Assembly (NCBI GenBank): GCA_041666305.1
Contig: JBAYHD010000004.1
Span: forward strand, 3,946 to 67,945
Direction of reading: 5' to 3'
Length of the DNA stretch: 64,000 bases
Source of the DNA: Minisyncoccota bacterium
GTDB taxonomy: Bacteria; Patescibacteriota; Minisyncoccia; Phycocordibacterales; Phycocordibacteraceae
Shown here: positions 55,550 to 64,000 of the stretch, one piece after another
Numbering within the stretch: position 1 is the stretch's first letter
Layout of the letters: every line of letters starts with the position of its first letter
The notes under the pieces: model-generated
Databases searched by the model: none
Told to the model about the DNA's origin: nothing
What the model saw: the letters and a program-made list of their open reading frames with translations, nothing else
Made by a program: the position numbers and the translations under genes

Positions 55550-56368
55550 GAAGATATTTCTTCATCAGCTTCACGCTGTCGCGCTTCAGCCGTTCGTTGA
55601 GCGTGTCTTTTCTGCGTAAACCATGTTTGTCGTCCATAAGCGGCGTGCTGTGCGCCATGTGGCGATAGGTCATGCATTCAAGCACTGCCGGTCCCTTTCC
55701 CGCCCGCACGCCCTTAAGAAGGGTCGCAACTTTCTTAGAAACATCACGGAAGTCGTTACCATCCGCGCGCAGATACGAGAGGCCGAATCCCTTTGCTATT
55801 GTCTTGATGTCATACTTCTCACCCCGGCGGTCCGCGATATTCGAATTGACCGACCATGAATTATTTTCGATGACGAGCAGTACGGGAAGTTTGTAGAGTG
55901 CGGCGAGATTATACGTCTCGTAGACAACCCCCTCTTCCGAAGCGCCGTCTCCCATGAATCCAACGGCAACGCCTTTTTTATTATTATATTTTTTTCGAAC
56001 GCTACTCCGGCTGCGAGCGGAACGGCACTTCCAAGGAGTGGTGTTGAACCGACGAAATTCACCGATGTATCTATCATGTGCATGGAGCCGCCTTTGCCGC
56101 GCGCAACGCCATTCCCTCTGCCGAGAAGCTCGCAGGCCATACGGCGCAAGTCCCCTCCCTTGGCGAGATAATGTCCGTGCGAACGGTGGGTAGAGAGTAC
56201 TTTGTCTTCGGCGCCGAGCTGACTACACACGCCGACCGCAACTGCTTCCTGACCGACATAGAAATGGACCATGCTGAATATTTTTTGGTCCAAATACAAC
56301 TTAACCAATTCCTCTTCCGCAATACGCACGAGGAGCATTCGTTTGTAAGCGTCAAATAATTTCTTCAT
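55410..56368 (-). pseudogene. Pyruvate/2-oxoacid dehydrogenase E1 alpha-subunit-like (TPP-binding) gene split by a 1-nt frameshift in an A-tract (track ORFs 55796..56368 and 55410..55955)
   Basis: ORF1 carries YVGQEAVAVGV...GGSMHM...GSAVPLAAGVAFEKNIIIKK. ORF2 continues (G)VAVGFMGDGASEEGVVYE...ENNSWS in another frame. The frames switch in gaaaaaaatataataataaaaaaggcg (plus strand 55958-55990). One extra A in the second A6 run restores a collinear ~320-aa E1alpha. Confidence 0.7.
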
Positions 56369-56371
56369 ACA

Positions 56372-57403
56372 TTACATCACGATAACTATTCTGCTTGCTT
56401 GCCCTTTGCGCAAGAGATCGATCGCCTCATTCACTTCGTCGAGCTTTACCCGATGCGTGATGAGATCTTGCACGGCAAGCGCGCCACTTGTATGTAGCTT
56501 GAGATACTCCGGTATCTCTTCATGCGGCTTGAATTGCCCTCCTTGGGTTGCCTTGATAGATTTACCTTCCCCACCGAAGAGATGCAGCGCATCCTTGATC
56601 TCGATTGTCTCGCCGGGCTTTGGTTGTCCGAGCAGAATGAAGCGGCCCTTGCCGGAGAGGAGCGGGAGTGTTGCTTCAATGGCTTTCTTTGCTCCGGAAG
56701 TGTCTATGATGACATCTACATCGTGCAGGCCGTGGGACGCGAGTGTCTCGGCGATATCTTCGGTGGCAGAATTTATGTAGATGTCGGCGCCAAATCCTTT
56801 CATCTGGTCGCGCTTATGGTCATAGATATCGACCGAGATGATAGGAGCGGCGCCGGCGAGCTTTGCCGCCTTGACGAGATTGGCGCCCAGGCCGCCGGCG
56901 CCCACGATCATCACACGTTCGCCTTTCATCACACGCGCTTCGGCATTAATGGCGCCGAGCGCGGTGGAGAGCGAACAGCCGAGCAGTGCACAGAGTTCGT
57001 CCGGGGTGTCGTGGGGGACCGGGGTCAATCGGTTCTCAGAAACGATCGAGTATTCGCTGAACGTCGTGACTTTTCCGCTTTGTATCTTTTTACCTTTGTA
57101 GATATAGGTCGGGAAATCAGATTCGATGCCGAGGCCTTTACGCCAATGCATAACGACTTTATCGCCCGGTTTGACGTGTGTGACGCCCTCGCCCACTTCC
57201 ATCACCGTGCCGGCGCCCTCATGACCCATCAGATGCGGGACGAATTTCGCGTTCCCTTTGTGACCGGCGATCTCCTGGAGTTGGGAACCGCAAATGCCGC
57301 TCATAAGGACCTTCACCAGTACTTGGCCGCGGACAAGAGGGGTAAGCCCCACCTCGGCGACGACAAGCGGGGTATTAATGGTCTCAAGTACGGCGGCCTT
57401 CAT
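56372..57403 (-). CDS. Zn-dependent medium-chain alcohol/polyol dehydrogenase
   Basis: GICGSQLQEIAGHKG...GHEGAGTV (catalytic Zn site); GAGGLGANLVKAAKLAGA (NAD Rossmann). Confidence 0.88.
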   Translation of the reverse strand: MKAAVLETINTPLVVAEVGLTPLVRGQVLVKVLMSGICGSQLQEIAGHKGNAKFVPHLMGHEGAGTVMEVGEGVTHVKPGDKVVMHWRKGLGIESDFPTYIYKGKKIQSGKVTTFSEYSIVSENRLTPVPHDTPDELCALLGCSLSTALGAINAEARVMKGERVMIVGAGGLGANLVKAAKLAGAAPIISVDIYDHKRDQMKGFGADIYINSATEDIAETLASHGLHDVDVIIDTSGAKKAIEATLPLLSGKGRFILLGQPKPGETIEIKDALHLFGGEGKSIKATQGGQFKPHEEIPEYLKLHTSGALAVQDLITHRVKLDEVNEAIDLLRKGQASRIVIVM

Positions 57404-57452
57404 ATGTGCTGAATATATTCTATAACCAAGAAAAGTCCACTAAAAGTTTCTC

Positions 57453-58328
57453 TTAGGGGTATACGAGACTGCCGTGCGTGAAAGTGGCGTAGGTGTTCTC
57501 AAAATACTTTTTCTTGTCCCGATAATACGGCCAGTCAACTGGCTCATCCGTGGCGACAATATGCGGAACATCGCCGAACCACGCCGCGAGATTGCTGAAC
57601 GTGGAATTGTCGCCGATGACGGCACTGCATTTTGAAAGAAGGAACAAATTCGTTTTTTCGTCTTCCGGAGACATCACGGTCGTAAAACCTTCAAATGCGC
57701 CATCCGGTATCGGACAATCGGACACAACGACGAGCGCGACATCTCTCGCATGCAGCATCTTTTCTCGCAGAAATTCTTCAAGGATAGTTTTCATGCGAGC
57801 CAAGGAAATAAGGAATTCGCCATTCTCAAATCCTTTGAATGGCCGTTGCCGTATATGCATACCGATACGAATACGGTCGCTCGGCACTGTCGCGAGAATG
57901 TCCTGTATTTTATTCTGTATGCGCGCGCCGGGCGCAAATGCTTTGATGAGCGCGTCACGGTATTTTTTTAATCCGGCCGGATTTCGAAATAGCCAACCGA
58001 AAAAATATAGCGTGTTGCATGCTTCAAATTTCTTCGACAACGACGCGGTCGGCGGAAGGAATTTTGGCATTCCGGTGGTCCACACGCCGCAGGTATGCCG
58101 CGTCGCAACATCGACAAAACGTGCGTAGAGCATATGCACATATCGCCAGAAATGAAGATGCTCCAAACGGGTGGTATTGATGACGCGCGCGCCCATGGAC
58201 ATGCCGAATGCCGTTATGCTCAGATCGTTCCAGAGGCGATTCGCCAATTCTTTGGCGCGATGTTCGACAATAATGATGTTCCTCATACGAGAATGGTCCA
58301 CGGTTTCTTCAGCACCGGCATATTCCAC
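57453..58328 (-). CDS. GT11-like glycosyltransferase (alpha-1,2-fucosyltransferase-like), tentative
   Basis: IGMHIRQRPFKGF resembles the HxRRGDY region. C-terminal SKCSAVIGDNSTFSNLAAWFG resembles the GT11 SNSTFSWWAA motif. Confidence 0.45.
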   Translation of the reverse strand: MEYAGAEETVDHSRMRNIIIVEHRAKELANRLWNDLSITAFGMSMGARVINTTRLEHLHFWRYVHMLYARFVDVATRHTCGVWTTGMPKFLPPTASLSKKFEACNTLYFFGWLFRNPAGLKKYRDALIKAFAPGARIQNKIQDILATVPSDRIRIGMHIRQRPFKGFENGEFLISLARMKTILEEFLREKMLHARDVALVVVSDCPIPDGAFEGFTTVMSPEDEKTNLFLLSKCSAVIGDNSTFSNLAAWFGDVPHIVATDEPVDWPYYRDKKKYFENTYATFTHGSLVYP

Positions 58329-58987
58329 GGGGGATTCTGCCGTGCGTACCGATGCACGAAAAGCTTCTGACGGGGATTTTCATATTGAAGATTGTCAACG
58401 AGGAACATGAATACCGAATCCACAACGTGTATTTCCTCCGCGCGCTCCAAGAGCGTGCAGTAGTCAAGAATATTATTCGTGAGCGTTTTGCCGGGACGCA
58501 CGACCGGCAGTGTGCTGGCTATCCTGTGCTGGTCTATAGACGAGCCGTAAATGGCGTCATCATGGATGAATATATACGGCTCGTTCCCCACCACTCGCGC
58601 GAGAAAATCGAGCTCTCTCGGCATATCGCGTTCAACATAAAAGCTGTCCCATTTTTTCTGGTGCGGGACACCGGCGAGTGCGTAGAATTGCCGTTCGGCG
58701 ATGATGCCGGTCTCTGGATCGTTCTGAAGCATTTTTATTTCATCATACCGACGGTCGCCAAATCGAAAAGCATTCAGCCAAAGAAAATATTGTTTCCGTC
58801 GGTGATCGCGCACTACCTCGAACCGGAGATTCTTCAGGTCGCGGAACATGAACGATACCGACTCCACATACCGTGGGATGCAGAAGATGCCGACGCGGTC
58901 GTATCGCTTGCAATACTCGCGCACCAGTCCATTGCAGATAAGATTGTCGCCGAGCTTATTGTGGAAATCGAGGAGGATGCTAGACAT
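58283..58987 (-). CDS. Hypothetical protein (234 aa), probable glycan-modifying enzyme by context
   Basis: ORF only; no motif recognised. Confidence 0.35.
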   Translation of the reverse strand: MSSILLDFHNKLGDNLICNGLVREYCKRYDRVGIFCIPRYVESVSFMFRDLKNLRFEVVRDHRRKQYFLWLNAFRFGDRRYDEIKMLQNDPETGIIAERQFYALAGVPHQKKWDSFYVERDMPRELDFLARVVGNEPYIFIHDDAIYGSSIDQHRIASTLPVVRPGKTLTNNILDYCTLLERAEEIHVVDSVFMFLVDNLQYENPRQKLFVHRYARQNPPWNMPVLKKPWTILV

Positions 58988-60026
58988 ATTTTTTAGGAAG
59001 TTCTTCGGTGAAGAAGCGGCGGAAGAATGTATCCTGCTTCAGGTACTTTTCGAATGTCTCCCGCGCTAGTTGCTGGCGGCGTCGCCACTCTTCGTCAGTG
59101 AGCGAATCATAGAAATCGCGGATGAAACGCGGGGTCTCTGCGATCTTCTCCATAGGCACGCGAACGATTATTCGCGCATAATCGATCTCATCCTCAACCG
59201 GAAGCACGATGTCCGTATCGGCAACGACGGGGATCCGTCCGAGAGAAAGAGTTTCTAAAAATCGATTGGAATAATTCCCGTCGCCTTTTGGCGCAAGCAC
59301 GAAATCGGCATCCACGATGCTCTGCAAGAACTCGGAGCGTGCCTGCACCGGATCAAGCTCAATGCTTTTTGCGTGTCCAGAGAATGAGCGCCGGACGATG
59401 AAATTGGTTTTTACCTGCGGCGAGCGCTCACACGCGCTCATCATTGCTCGGCGCCAATACACGCCCAGTTTTCGAGCTCGCAGAGAGGGCTTCAATAACG
59501 TGCCGAAACTATAGAGCAGATTTTTTGTATAATATTTGATCCAACTGCGCAGAGAACGAAATCCGCCCATGCCGCAAAACGAAACGACCGGTTTTTCGTT
59601 CTTGCCTCTCACCGCCAGCAATTCCTGCGGAAAATCTTCTGTCGTCGTCGGCATACAAATGTCTCGCGGGCGGCGAGAACTCCGATACAACGATTGGCGG
59701 AATACCCAGATGCGCGAATCAAAGCGGACCGTATCGGAGAAATCCCCGCACGAAAAAATAAAAAGCGGTTTATGGAGCTGTTCGGCGAGGTCCGCATGAT
59801 ACCGCAGATATTCCCTCGCCCTTTCACCCTGCTCCCGGGGAAAATCATTGACCAGCACAATGGCGTCTGCTGATGCTATGTCTGTCGTCTCGGCCTCCTT
59901 GAAAAAAGAATACGTTATATTCCGGAACAATCCCCCACCAGTACGAGCGGGCGGATGGCGATACTGGAACACAGCGTGCACGCCAATTCCCTCAAGCGGT
60001 TCTGGATAATACAATCGTACCGACAT
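58980..60026 (-). CDS. Exostosin-like (GT47-like) glycosyltransferase
   Basis: FVLAPKGDGNYSNRFLETLSLGRIPVV matches the exostosin PxGDxxxSxRxxExxxxGCIPV region. Confidence 0.5.
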   Translation of the reverse strand: MSVRLYYPEPLEGIGVHAVFQYRHPPARTGGGLFRNITYSFFKEAETTDIASADAIVLVNDFPREQGERAREYLRYHADLAEQLHKPLFIFSCGDFSDTVRFDSRIWVFRQSLYRSSRRPRDICMPTTTEDFPQELLAVRGKNEKPVVSFCGMGGFRSLRSWIKYYTKNLLYSFGTLLKPSLRARKLGVYWRRAMMSACERSPQVKTNFIVRRSFSGHAKSIELDPVQARSEFLQSIVDADFVLAPKGDGNYSNRFLETLSLGRIPVVADTDIVLPVEDEIDYARIIVRVPMEKIAETPRFIRDFYDSLTDEEWRRRQQLARETFEKYLKQDTFFRRFFTEELPKKYV

Positions 60027-60028
60027 AC

Positions 60029-61195
60029 CTATGATCGCGACATCAGCATGCGCTGCATCTCACTGATGATACGTTCCTTCGTAATATCGTACAAACAACG
60101 ATAGACGACCCCGCCGAGCGTTCTGACGCCGCACTCGCCGGTCTTATCGCCGTGGCAGCCGCAGTGTTCGCTCGCGGAAAGCTGGACCGTATGTTCTGCA
60201 TATGCCGGCAGCCAGCATGGGTCGGAGAGATTGCAGAGGACGACCGATGGCACGCCGAGGTGCGAAGCGATATGCGTCACTCCCGAAGACACGCCGACGC
60301 ATATACCCGCTTGTTTGAGCAGGCAGAAAAGATCGTGGGCATGCGGGCTCACTTCCACTCGCGCCCCGGAAATATCTTTTACCATTTCGCGCGCCGCCGC
60401 TTCCTCTTGATGCGCGCAGGTCAAGACAAATTCATGCGCCGGAAATTTGCTCCGCGCATCGACGAGCAAGGGGCGGACTTTTTCTATCGGGAAACTCCGG
60501 CGATAGCTCCCCGCAAAGAAATGGAAAAGGATGTACGGACGTGCGGGTAGTGTCGGGCACACGGGTGCCGACAACGAAGGCACCGGCGCCGGTACGGCAC
60601 GTCCGCCCCAAAGCGGCACCACGCGAGCGATCATAGAAAAAAGACTATCCGTCTTCGGGTCATAGGAAAGCACGCGGACACGGGCGGGCACTTTTTGCGA
60701 GCGCGATTGGCAATGCACCTCCACACTACCAGGGAGCAGTGTGGAGATGCGCGCAAGTATCTTCCACCACGCCGACACGACATCTTGAAATGGCTCGAGG
60801 AACACAACGCCGTGCGGATGCAGAGCAAGTCCTAAAAGAGTGAACCACGAACGGATGTCGCCCCGCGGCATTTCGCGATACTGAACCTCCGGCACCATCT
60901 CCACGATCTGGCGTACGAAATCGCTTTTGCGCGTGGAGATCAGCGTCAGGCGACTCGGAGAGTCTGCGGCTGCGAGCGTGTGCGCTAACTGTATGCCAAG
61001 CAATGCATCGCCTATGGCTCCACCGAAGATGTACAAAAGGTCTTTAGGCATGTGTGAGTTTGAGCACGAAGAAATGGTGGTATGGGCTGCCGAATGGCAC
61101 GAAATCGCGGATGAGCATGCCGTATTTGGAAAGTTTCCGACGAATGAGGGTGACTGGGTATCCGTGTTTGCCGAGTTCCCAATAATGCTGACCAT
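60029..61195 (-). CDS. GT9 family glycosyltransferase (heptosyltransferase-like); likely start internal (MPKDLLYIFGGAIGD)
   Basis: LYIFGGAIGDALLG N-terminal GT9 motif; C-terminal ICVGVSSGVTHIASHLGVPSVVL. Confidence 0.72.
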   Translation of the reverse strand: MVSIIGNSANTDTQSPSFVGNFPNTACSSAISCHSAAHTTISSCSNSHMPKDLLYIFGGAIGDALLGIQLAHTLAAADSPSRLTLISTRKSDFVRQIVEMVPEVQYREMPRGDIRSWFTLLGLALHPHGVVFLEPFQDVVSAWWKILARISTLLPGSVEVHCQSRSQKVPARVRVLSYDPKTDSLFSMIARVVPLWGGRAVPAPVPSLSAPVCPTLPARPYILFHFFAGSYRRSFPIEKVRPLLVDARSKFPAHEFVLTCAHQEEAAAREMVKDISGARVEVSPHAHDLFCLLKQAGICVGVSSGVTHIASHLGVPSVVLCNLSDPCWLPAYAEHTVQLSASEHCGCHGDKTGECGVRTLGGVVYRCLYDITKERIISEMQRMLMSRS

Positions 61196-61673
61196 TAAAT
61201 ATATGTTTTTTCGGGAACGGGATCTTCAACGCGATGTGTATTTCCTGCAGAAATGGAACCTTGAGCGAGAAAGAAAGCATCGGCCCGAAATGCGGTACGC
61301 TGATGACGACGTGCGTGCGTGCAACGCGACAGAGCTCACCTAGCGCCTGATCAAATTGTTCGAACGGCAGATGCTCCAGCACTTCAAACGCACACGCAAC
61401 ATCGAATGATGCCTCGGCAAAAGGAAGTGCGAGAACGCTTCCGACGACGTCGGGGTGCAGTGCTTCATCAACATCCACGGACGTGTACGAAATCGTTGTG
61501 TTGTTTTTTAGAAAACTGCCGAATACTCGATCGCCGACGCCGACCTCAAGCACCGAAGACGGTTTCTGCGCCAGCACCTCTTTGAGCTGTGCGTAGTAGC
61601 TTACGAACCGCCCTTCAAAGGAGTACCGCTCGAAATCATAATGCGACTTTCCCACCTGCGTAACGGGTTTCAT
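61044..61673 (-). CDS. Class I SAM-dependent methyltransferase
   Basis: VLEVGVGDRVFG, VACAFEVLEHLP, HVVISVP. Confidence 0.75.
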   Translation of the reverse strand: MKPVTQVGKSHYDFERYSFEGRFVSYYAQLKEVLAQKPSSVLEVGVGDRVFGSFLKNNTTISYTSVDVDEALHPDVVGSVLALPFAEASFDVACAFEVLEHLPFEQFDQALGELCRVARTHVVISVPHFGPMLSFSLKVPFLQEIHIALKIPFPKKHIFNGQHYWELGKHGYPVTLIRRKLSKYGMLIRDFVPFGSPYHHFFVLKLTHA

Positions 61674-62596
61674 AGAGCTTGCATGTCGTTCAGTATCGCA
61701 GGAATCAGTTTTTGGAGCGAGTGCTGTTCCCGGACATACTGCGGGCCTTCATGCTCGAGCGGCTTGAGCGCCGGATCATTCGTTACGATAGGCAATCCGC
61801 AGGCAAGCGCCTCGAGTACGACCTTGTCCAAACTTCCAGTTTCGCTCGTATGTATGAAGTATGCGGCGGTTCGGTATTCGTCACGCAATTGCGCCTGCGT
61901 CAAAGCGCCCAGGAATTGCACCGATGCATGCAATTCGTGAGCAAGCGCCTCCAAGCGGGCGCGCTCAGGACCTTCACCTGCAATGCGCAGCGCCCTGCCT
62001 TCCTGTACCGCTCTTCGAATGGCAAGATCGTGTCGCTTGCTCGGCATGAGCCGTCCGACTGAAAGCGCCCAATCGCCGCGCGCAATACGTGCATCGGGAG
62101 AAAAGAAATCAACGTCGATGCCATGCTTCATCACATGCACTTTTTTACTTGCGAGCCGAAAGCTTTCTTTTGAAGCGGTGAAAATAATACCCGCCAGTTT
62201 TTCTGCGACCCGCAGTTTCAGATCAACGCTTTTGTGCGTATACCAGAGCGCAATTTTCTTTCCCCACATCCGCCAGAACACGCCGCCGAGAATAACGTAC
62301 TCCGGATTCATGTGCACGAAAACGGTATCGTACTCATGCCGGAGCCGCCACATGAGCACGTAAAAACGAGCTGCATACGCCACGCGCCGCCACGTACTGG
62401 TATGATATATCATACTAGCACGCTCTTTACCCAAGGAATGCACGCGCACATTCGCGGGGAGCTTGTGCTTTCCTTCTTTCAAACAAATGACCTCCAGGTG
62501 TTCAGCATGCTTCGCGAACTCCTCTATCCAGCGCACGAAAAATCCGAGGTCAGAATCCTCTTGATCAACTGATTGCGTAACGATAAGAAGTTTCAT
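61670..62596 (-). CDS. GT4 family (GT-B) glycosyltransferase
   Basis: C-terminal TAAYFIHTSETGSLDKVVLEALACGLPIV (GT4 EX7E). Confidence 0.75.
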   Translation of the reverse strand: MKLLIVTQSVDQEDSDLGFFVRWIEEFAKHAEHLEVICLKEGKHKLPANVRVHSLGKERASMIYHTSTWRRVAYAARFYVLMWRLRHEYDTVFVHMNPEYVILGGVFWRMWGKKIALWYTHKSVDLKLRVAEKLAGIIFTASKESFRLASKKVHVMKHGIDVDFFSPDARIARGDWALSVGRLMPSKRHDLAIRRAVQEGRALRIAGEGPERARLEALAHELHASVQFLGALTQAQLRDEYRTAAYFIHTSETGSLDKVVLEALACGLPIVTNDPALKPLEHEGPQYVREQHSLQKLIPAILNDMQAL

Positions 62597-63498
62597 TTTT
62601 TCCTCCTGTGATGAACAACAATATCCTTGCCGTGCACATGCTCGACGAGATCAAGATCTTTCCCGGATGTTACCAATAAATCGACATTCTTTTCGATGGC
62701 TGCACGAAGAAATTCGGTGCCCCACCGGTCTTTGGTCGATCGTTCATACAGATTGGCGAGTGCGGCCACATCTTTAATGAAGCATACACCTCCCGCTCCG
62801 CGACCGCGTATGGCACCTTTGTGACCGCTGTCATGCATCACGTGCAGGTGAGAGGATCCTATGCGCGGGTCGGCGGCAACCGCGGTGCGGACAATGTCAT
62901 AATCGGCACCTGTTGCCTGTGCCAGGTCATATATAATATTTCCGAAAAGTACTCGTAGATACAGAAAAAAATTTCCTGCATATTTGATGAGTTCCGCTTC
63001 TGTCGCGGAGCATATGGATTCGTATGGAGCTTTGGGCAGCATCTTCAAGATTGCACGCGCGCGAATACGATAGGCTTTCGTGTCTTTCGTGATGCCGACG
63101 ATATTGCGCAATGGGCGAGCTGCATCCTCTGCCGCCTGCCGCAACACTAAAAACTCAGGCGAGTGCATAATGTAGAGCTTCGGGAAGTGTTTCTGCAATC
63201 TGTTGGTCGTTCCAGGCAAGATGGTCGATTTCACCACGGCAGTTTTCCCAGCACCTACGAGCGACAATACTCTTTCCACAATACTCGCGTCAAACCCGTT
63301 CGGGGTCGTCGGCGTCGGCACCGCAATAAAAACAACGTCACATGCGCGGATTTTATCTTTGTTCGCTTTATATGGCTCCTCCAGCGAATAACGCACTACC
63401 GTATACCCGCGGCGCTCAAAATCATCCGCATAACTCTTGCCTATGAACCCCTGACCAATAAAACCGACCAGGGGTCTTGCACCAGCTACACGCCCCAT
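62593..63498 (-). CDS. NAD-dependent nucleotide-sugar dehydrogenase (UDP-glucose/GDP-mannose dehydrogenase family, short form)
   Basis: VGFIGQGFIGKSYA Rossmann; ELIKYAGNFFL; catalytic region GGVCFIKDV. Confidence 0.72.
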   Translation of the reverse strand: MGRVAGARPLVGFIGQGFIGKSYADDFERRGYTVVRYSLEEPYKANKDKIRACDVVFIAVPTPTTPNGFDASIVERVLSLVGAGKTAVVKSTILPGTTNRLQKHFPKLYIMHSPEFLVLRQAAEDAARPLRNIVGITKDTKAYRIRARAILKMLPKAPYESICSATEAELIKYAGNFFLYLRVLFGNIIYDLAQATGADYDIVRTAVAADPRIGSSHLHVMHDSGHKGAIRGRGAGGVCFIKDVAALANLYERSTKDRWGTEFLRAAIEKNVDLLVTSGKDLDLVEHVHGKDIVVHHRRKK

Positions 63499-63552
63499 AG
63501 AAACAACTGTGGTACGTGCCTGGTATCGCCTGTCATACGGAATACAACCGCT

Positions 63553-64000
63553 CTACAAAGAAGAACGTTGCTGTGCGGCAGACGCGAGGTCAGCAACGAT
63601 GCGTGTCGGGACATCTCCGACTGATGCGAGATGAGCGCGTGCCGCGGCTTCGGCGTGAATAGGGAGCTCAAGCCGTACGCGCGTATCTTCGATGAATCCG
63701 ACGATATTGAGTGAGAGAGCGGTTGGATCCGCCACCGGAGCGGCAAGCACGTCTTCGTATCCTTTGAATACTTCCCCGACGATACCGACGTCGGTCGTGA
63801 TGATGGGCACTTTGGCGAGCGCCGCTTCCACAAGCGTGCGGCTGTACCCTTCATAGGCGCTGGCCTGAATGTATGCCTGCGCACTCGCCATGAGCGCTCG
63901 CGCATCGGCGCGCTGCCCGAGGAAAACAACGCTGTCGGCAAGCCCGAGCTCATCAGCCATACGTTCGATCTTCCCGCGTTCACTGCCTTCACCCACAATG
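63553..64000 (-). CDS. GT4-family glycosyltransferase, C-terminal part (gene continues beyond the right edge)
   Basis: VVFLGQRADARALMASAQAYIQASAYEGYSRTLVEAALAKVPIITTDVG; no stop-to-start closure within the window. Confidence 0.6.
   Translation of the reverse strand, partial: IVGEGSERGKIERMADELGLADSVVFLGQRADARALMASAQAYIQASAYEGYSRTLVEAALAKVPIITTDVGIVGEVFKGYEDVLAAPVADPTALSLNIVGFIEDTRVRLELPIHAEAAARAHLASVGDVPTRIVADLASAAQQRSSL

Noticed and set aside
56522-57412. 296-aa plus-strand ORF antisense to the Zn-ADH gene
   Set aside because: Shadow ORF; the ADH on the minus strand has complete catalytic and NAD-binding motifs.
1-64000. CRISPR arrays, tRNA, rRNA
   Set aside because: No run of regularly spaced direct repeats, no tRNA-like cloverleaf signatures (GTTCGAATC-type T-arms) in intergenic regions, and no rRNA-like conserved stretches were seen.

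Overview
Most of this 64-kb window (12982-64000) is one ~50-kb glycan-biosynthesis and glycosylation island, preceded by a partial giant surface protein and a short housekeeping block. The sequence is high-GC (roughly 55-60% by eye) and nearly all genes are on the minus strand. Gene style points tentatively to a Patescibacteria/CPR-like bacterium: HTH_17 (excisionase-type) N-terminal domains fused to membrane and giant surface proteins, a short 324-aa Obg, few Shine-Dalgarno sites, and many ATGA stop/start overlaps. This is inference from the sequence, not a database result. Contents in order: (1) 1..4526(-) the N-terminal >1500 aa of a giant HTH_17 + TM + tandem-repeat surface protein, running off the left edge and so absent from the ORF track. 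(2) A 630-bp AT-rich structured leader. (3) A housekeeping block: HTH_17-TM protein, gatB, obg, a TrpR/YerC-like regulator flanked by a shared 16-nt palindrome, secA, murB. (4) The island itself: O-antigen-ligase/TPR membrane protein; an IS200-like RAYT transposase bracketed by REP hairpins with one REP copy in-frame inside the gene; a secreted acidic protein plus ABC exporter; a pseudaminic-acid-type nonulosonic acid pathway (PseB, DegT aminotransferase, LbH acetyltransferase, NeuB-like synthase, CMP-sugar synthetase) with an acetamidino module (two WbpG-like amidotransferases plus HisH/HisF homologues); at least 7 SAM methyltransferases; GT2, GT4, GT9, GT-C, GT11-like and exostosin-like transferases; a low-GC islet with a LicC-like nucleotidyltransferase fused to a ParB/Srx domain next to LicD; a C-methyltransferase plus Gfo/Idh/MocA pair; gmd plus cupin; a PaaX-like regulator with a palindromic operator duplicated at both gene ends; an RfaE-like sugar kinase; and a PDH-E1-like alpha/beta TPP pair (alpha split by a frameshift in an A-tract) plus Zn-ADH. 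No rRNA, tRNA or CRISPR array was recognised.
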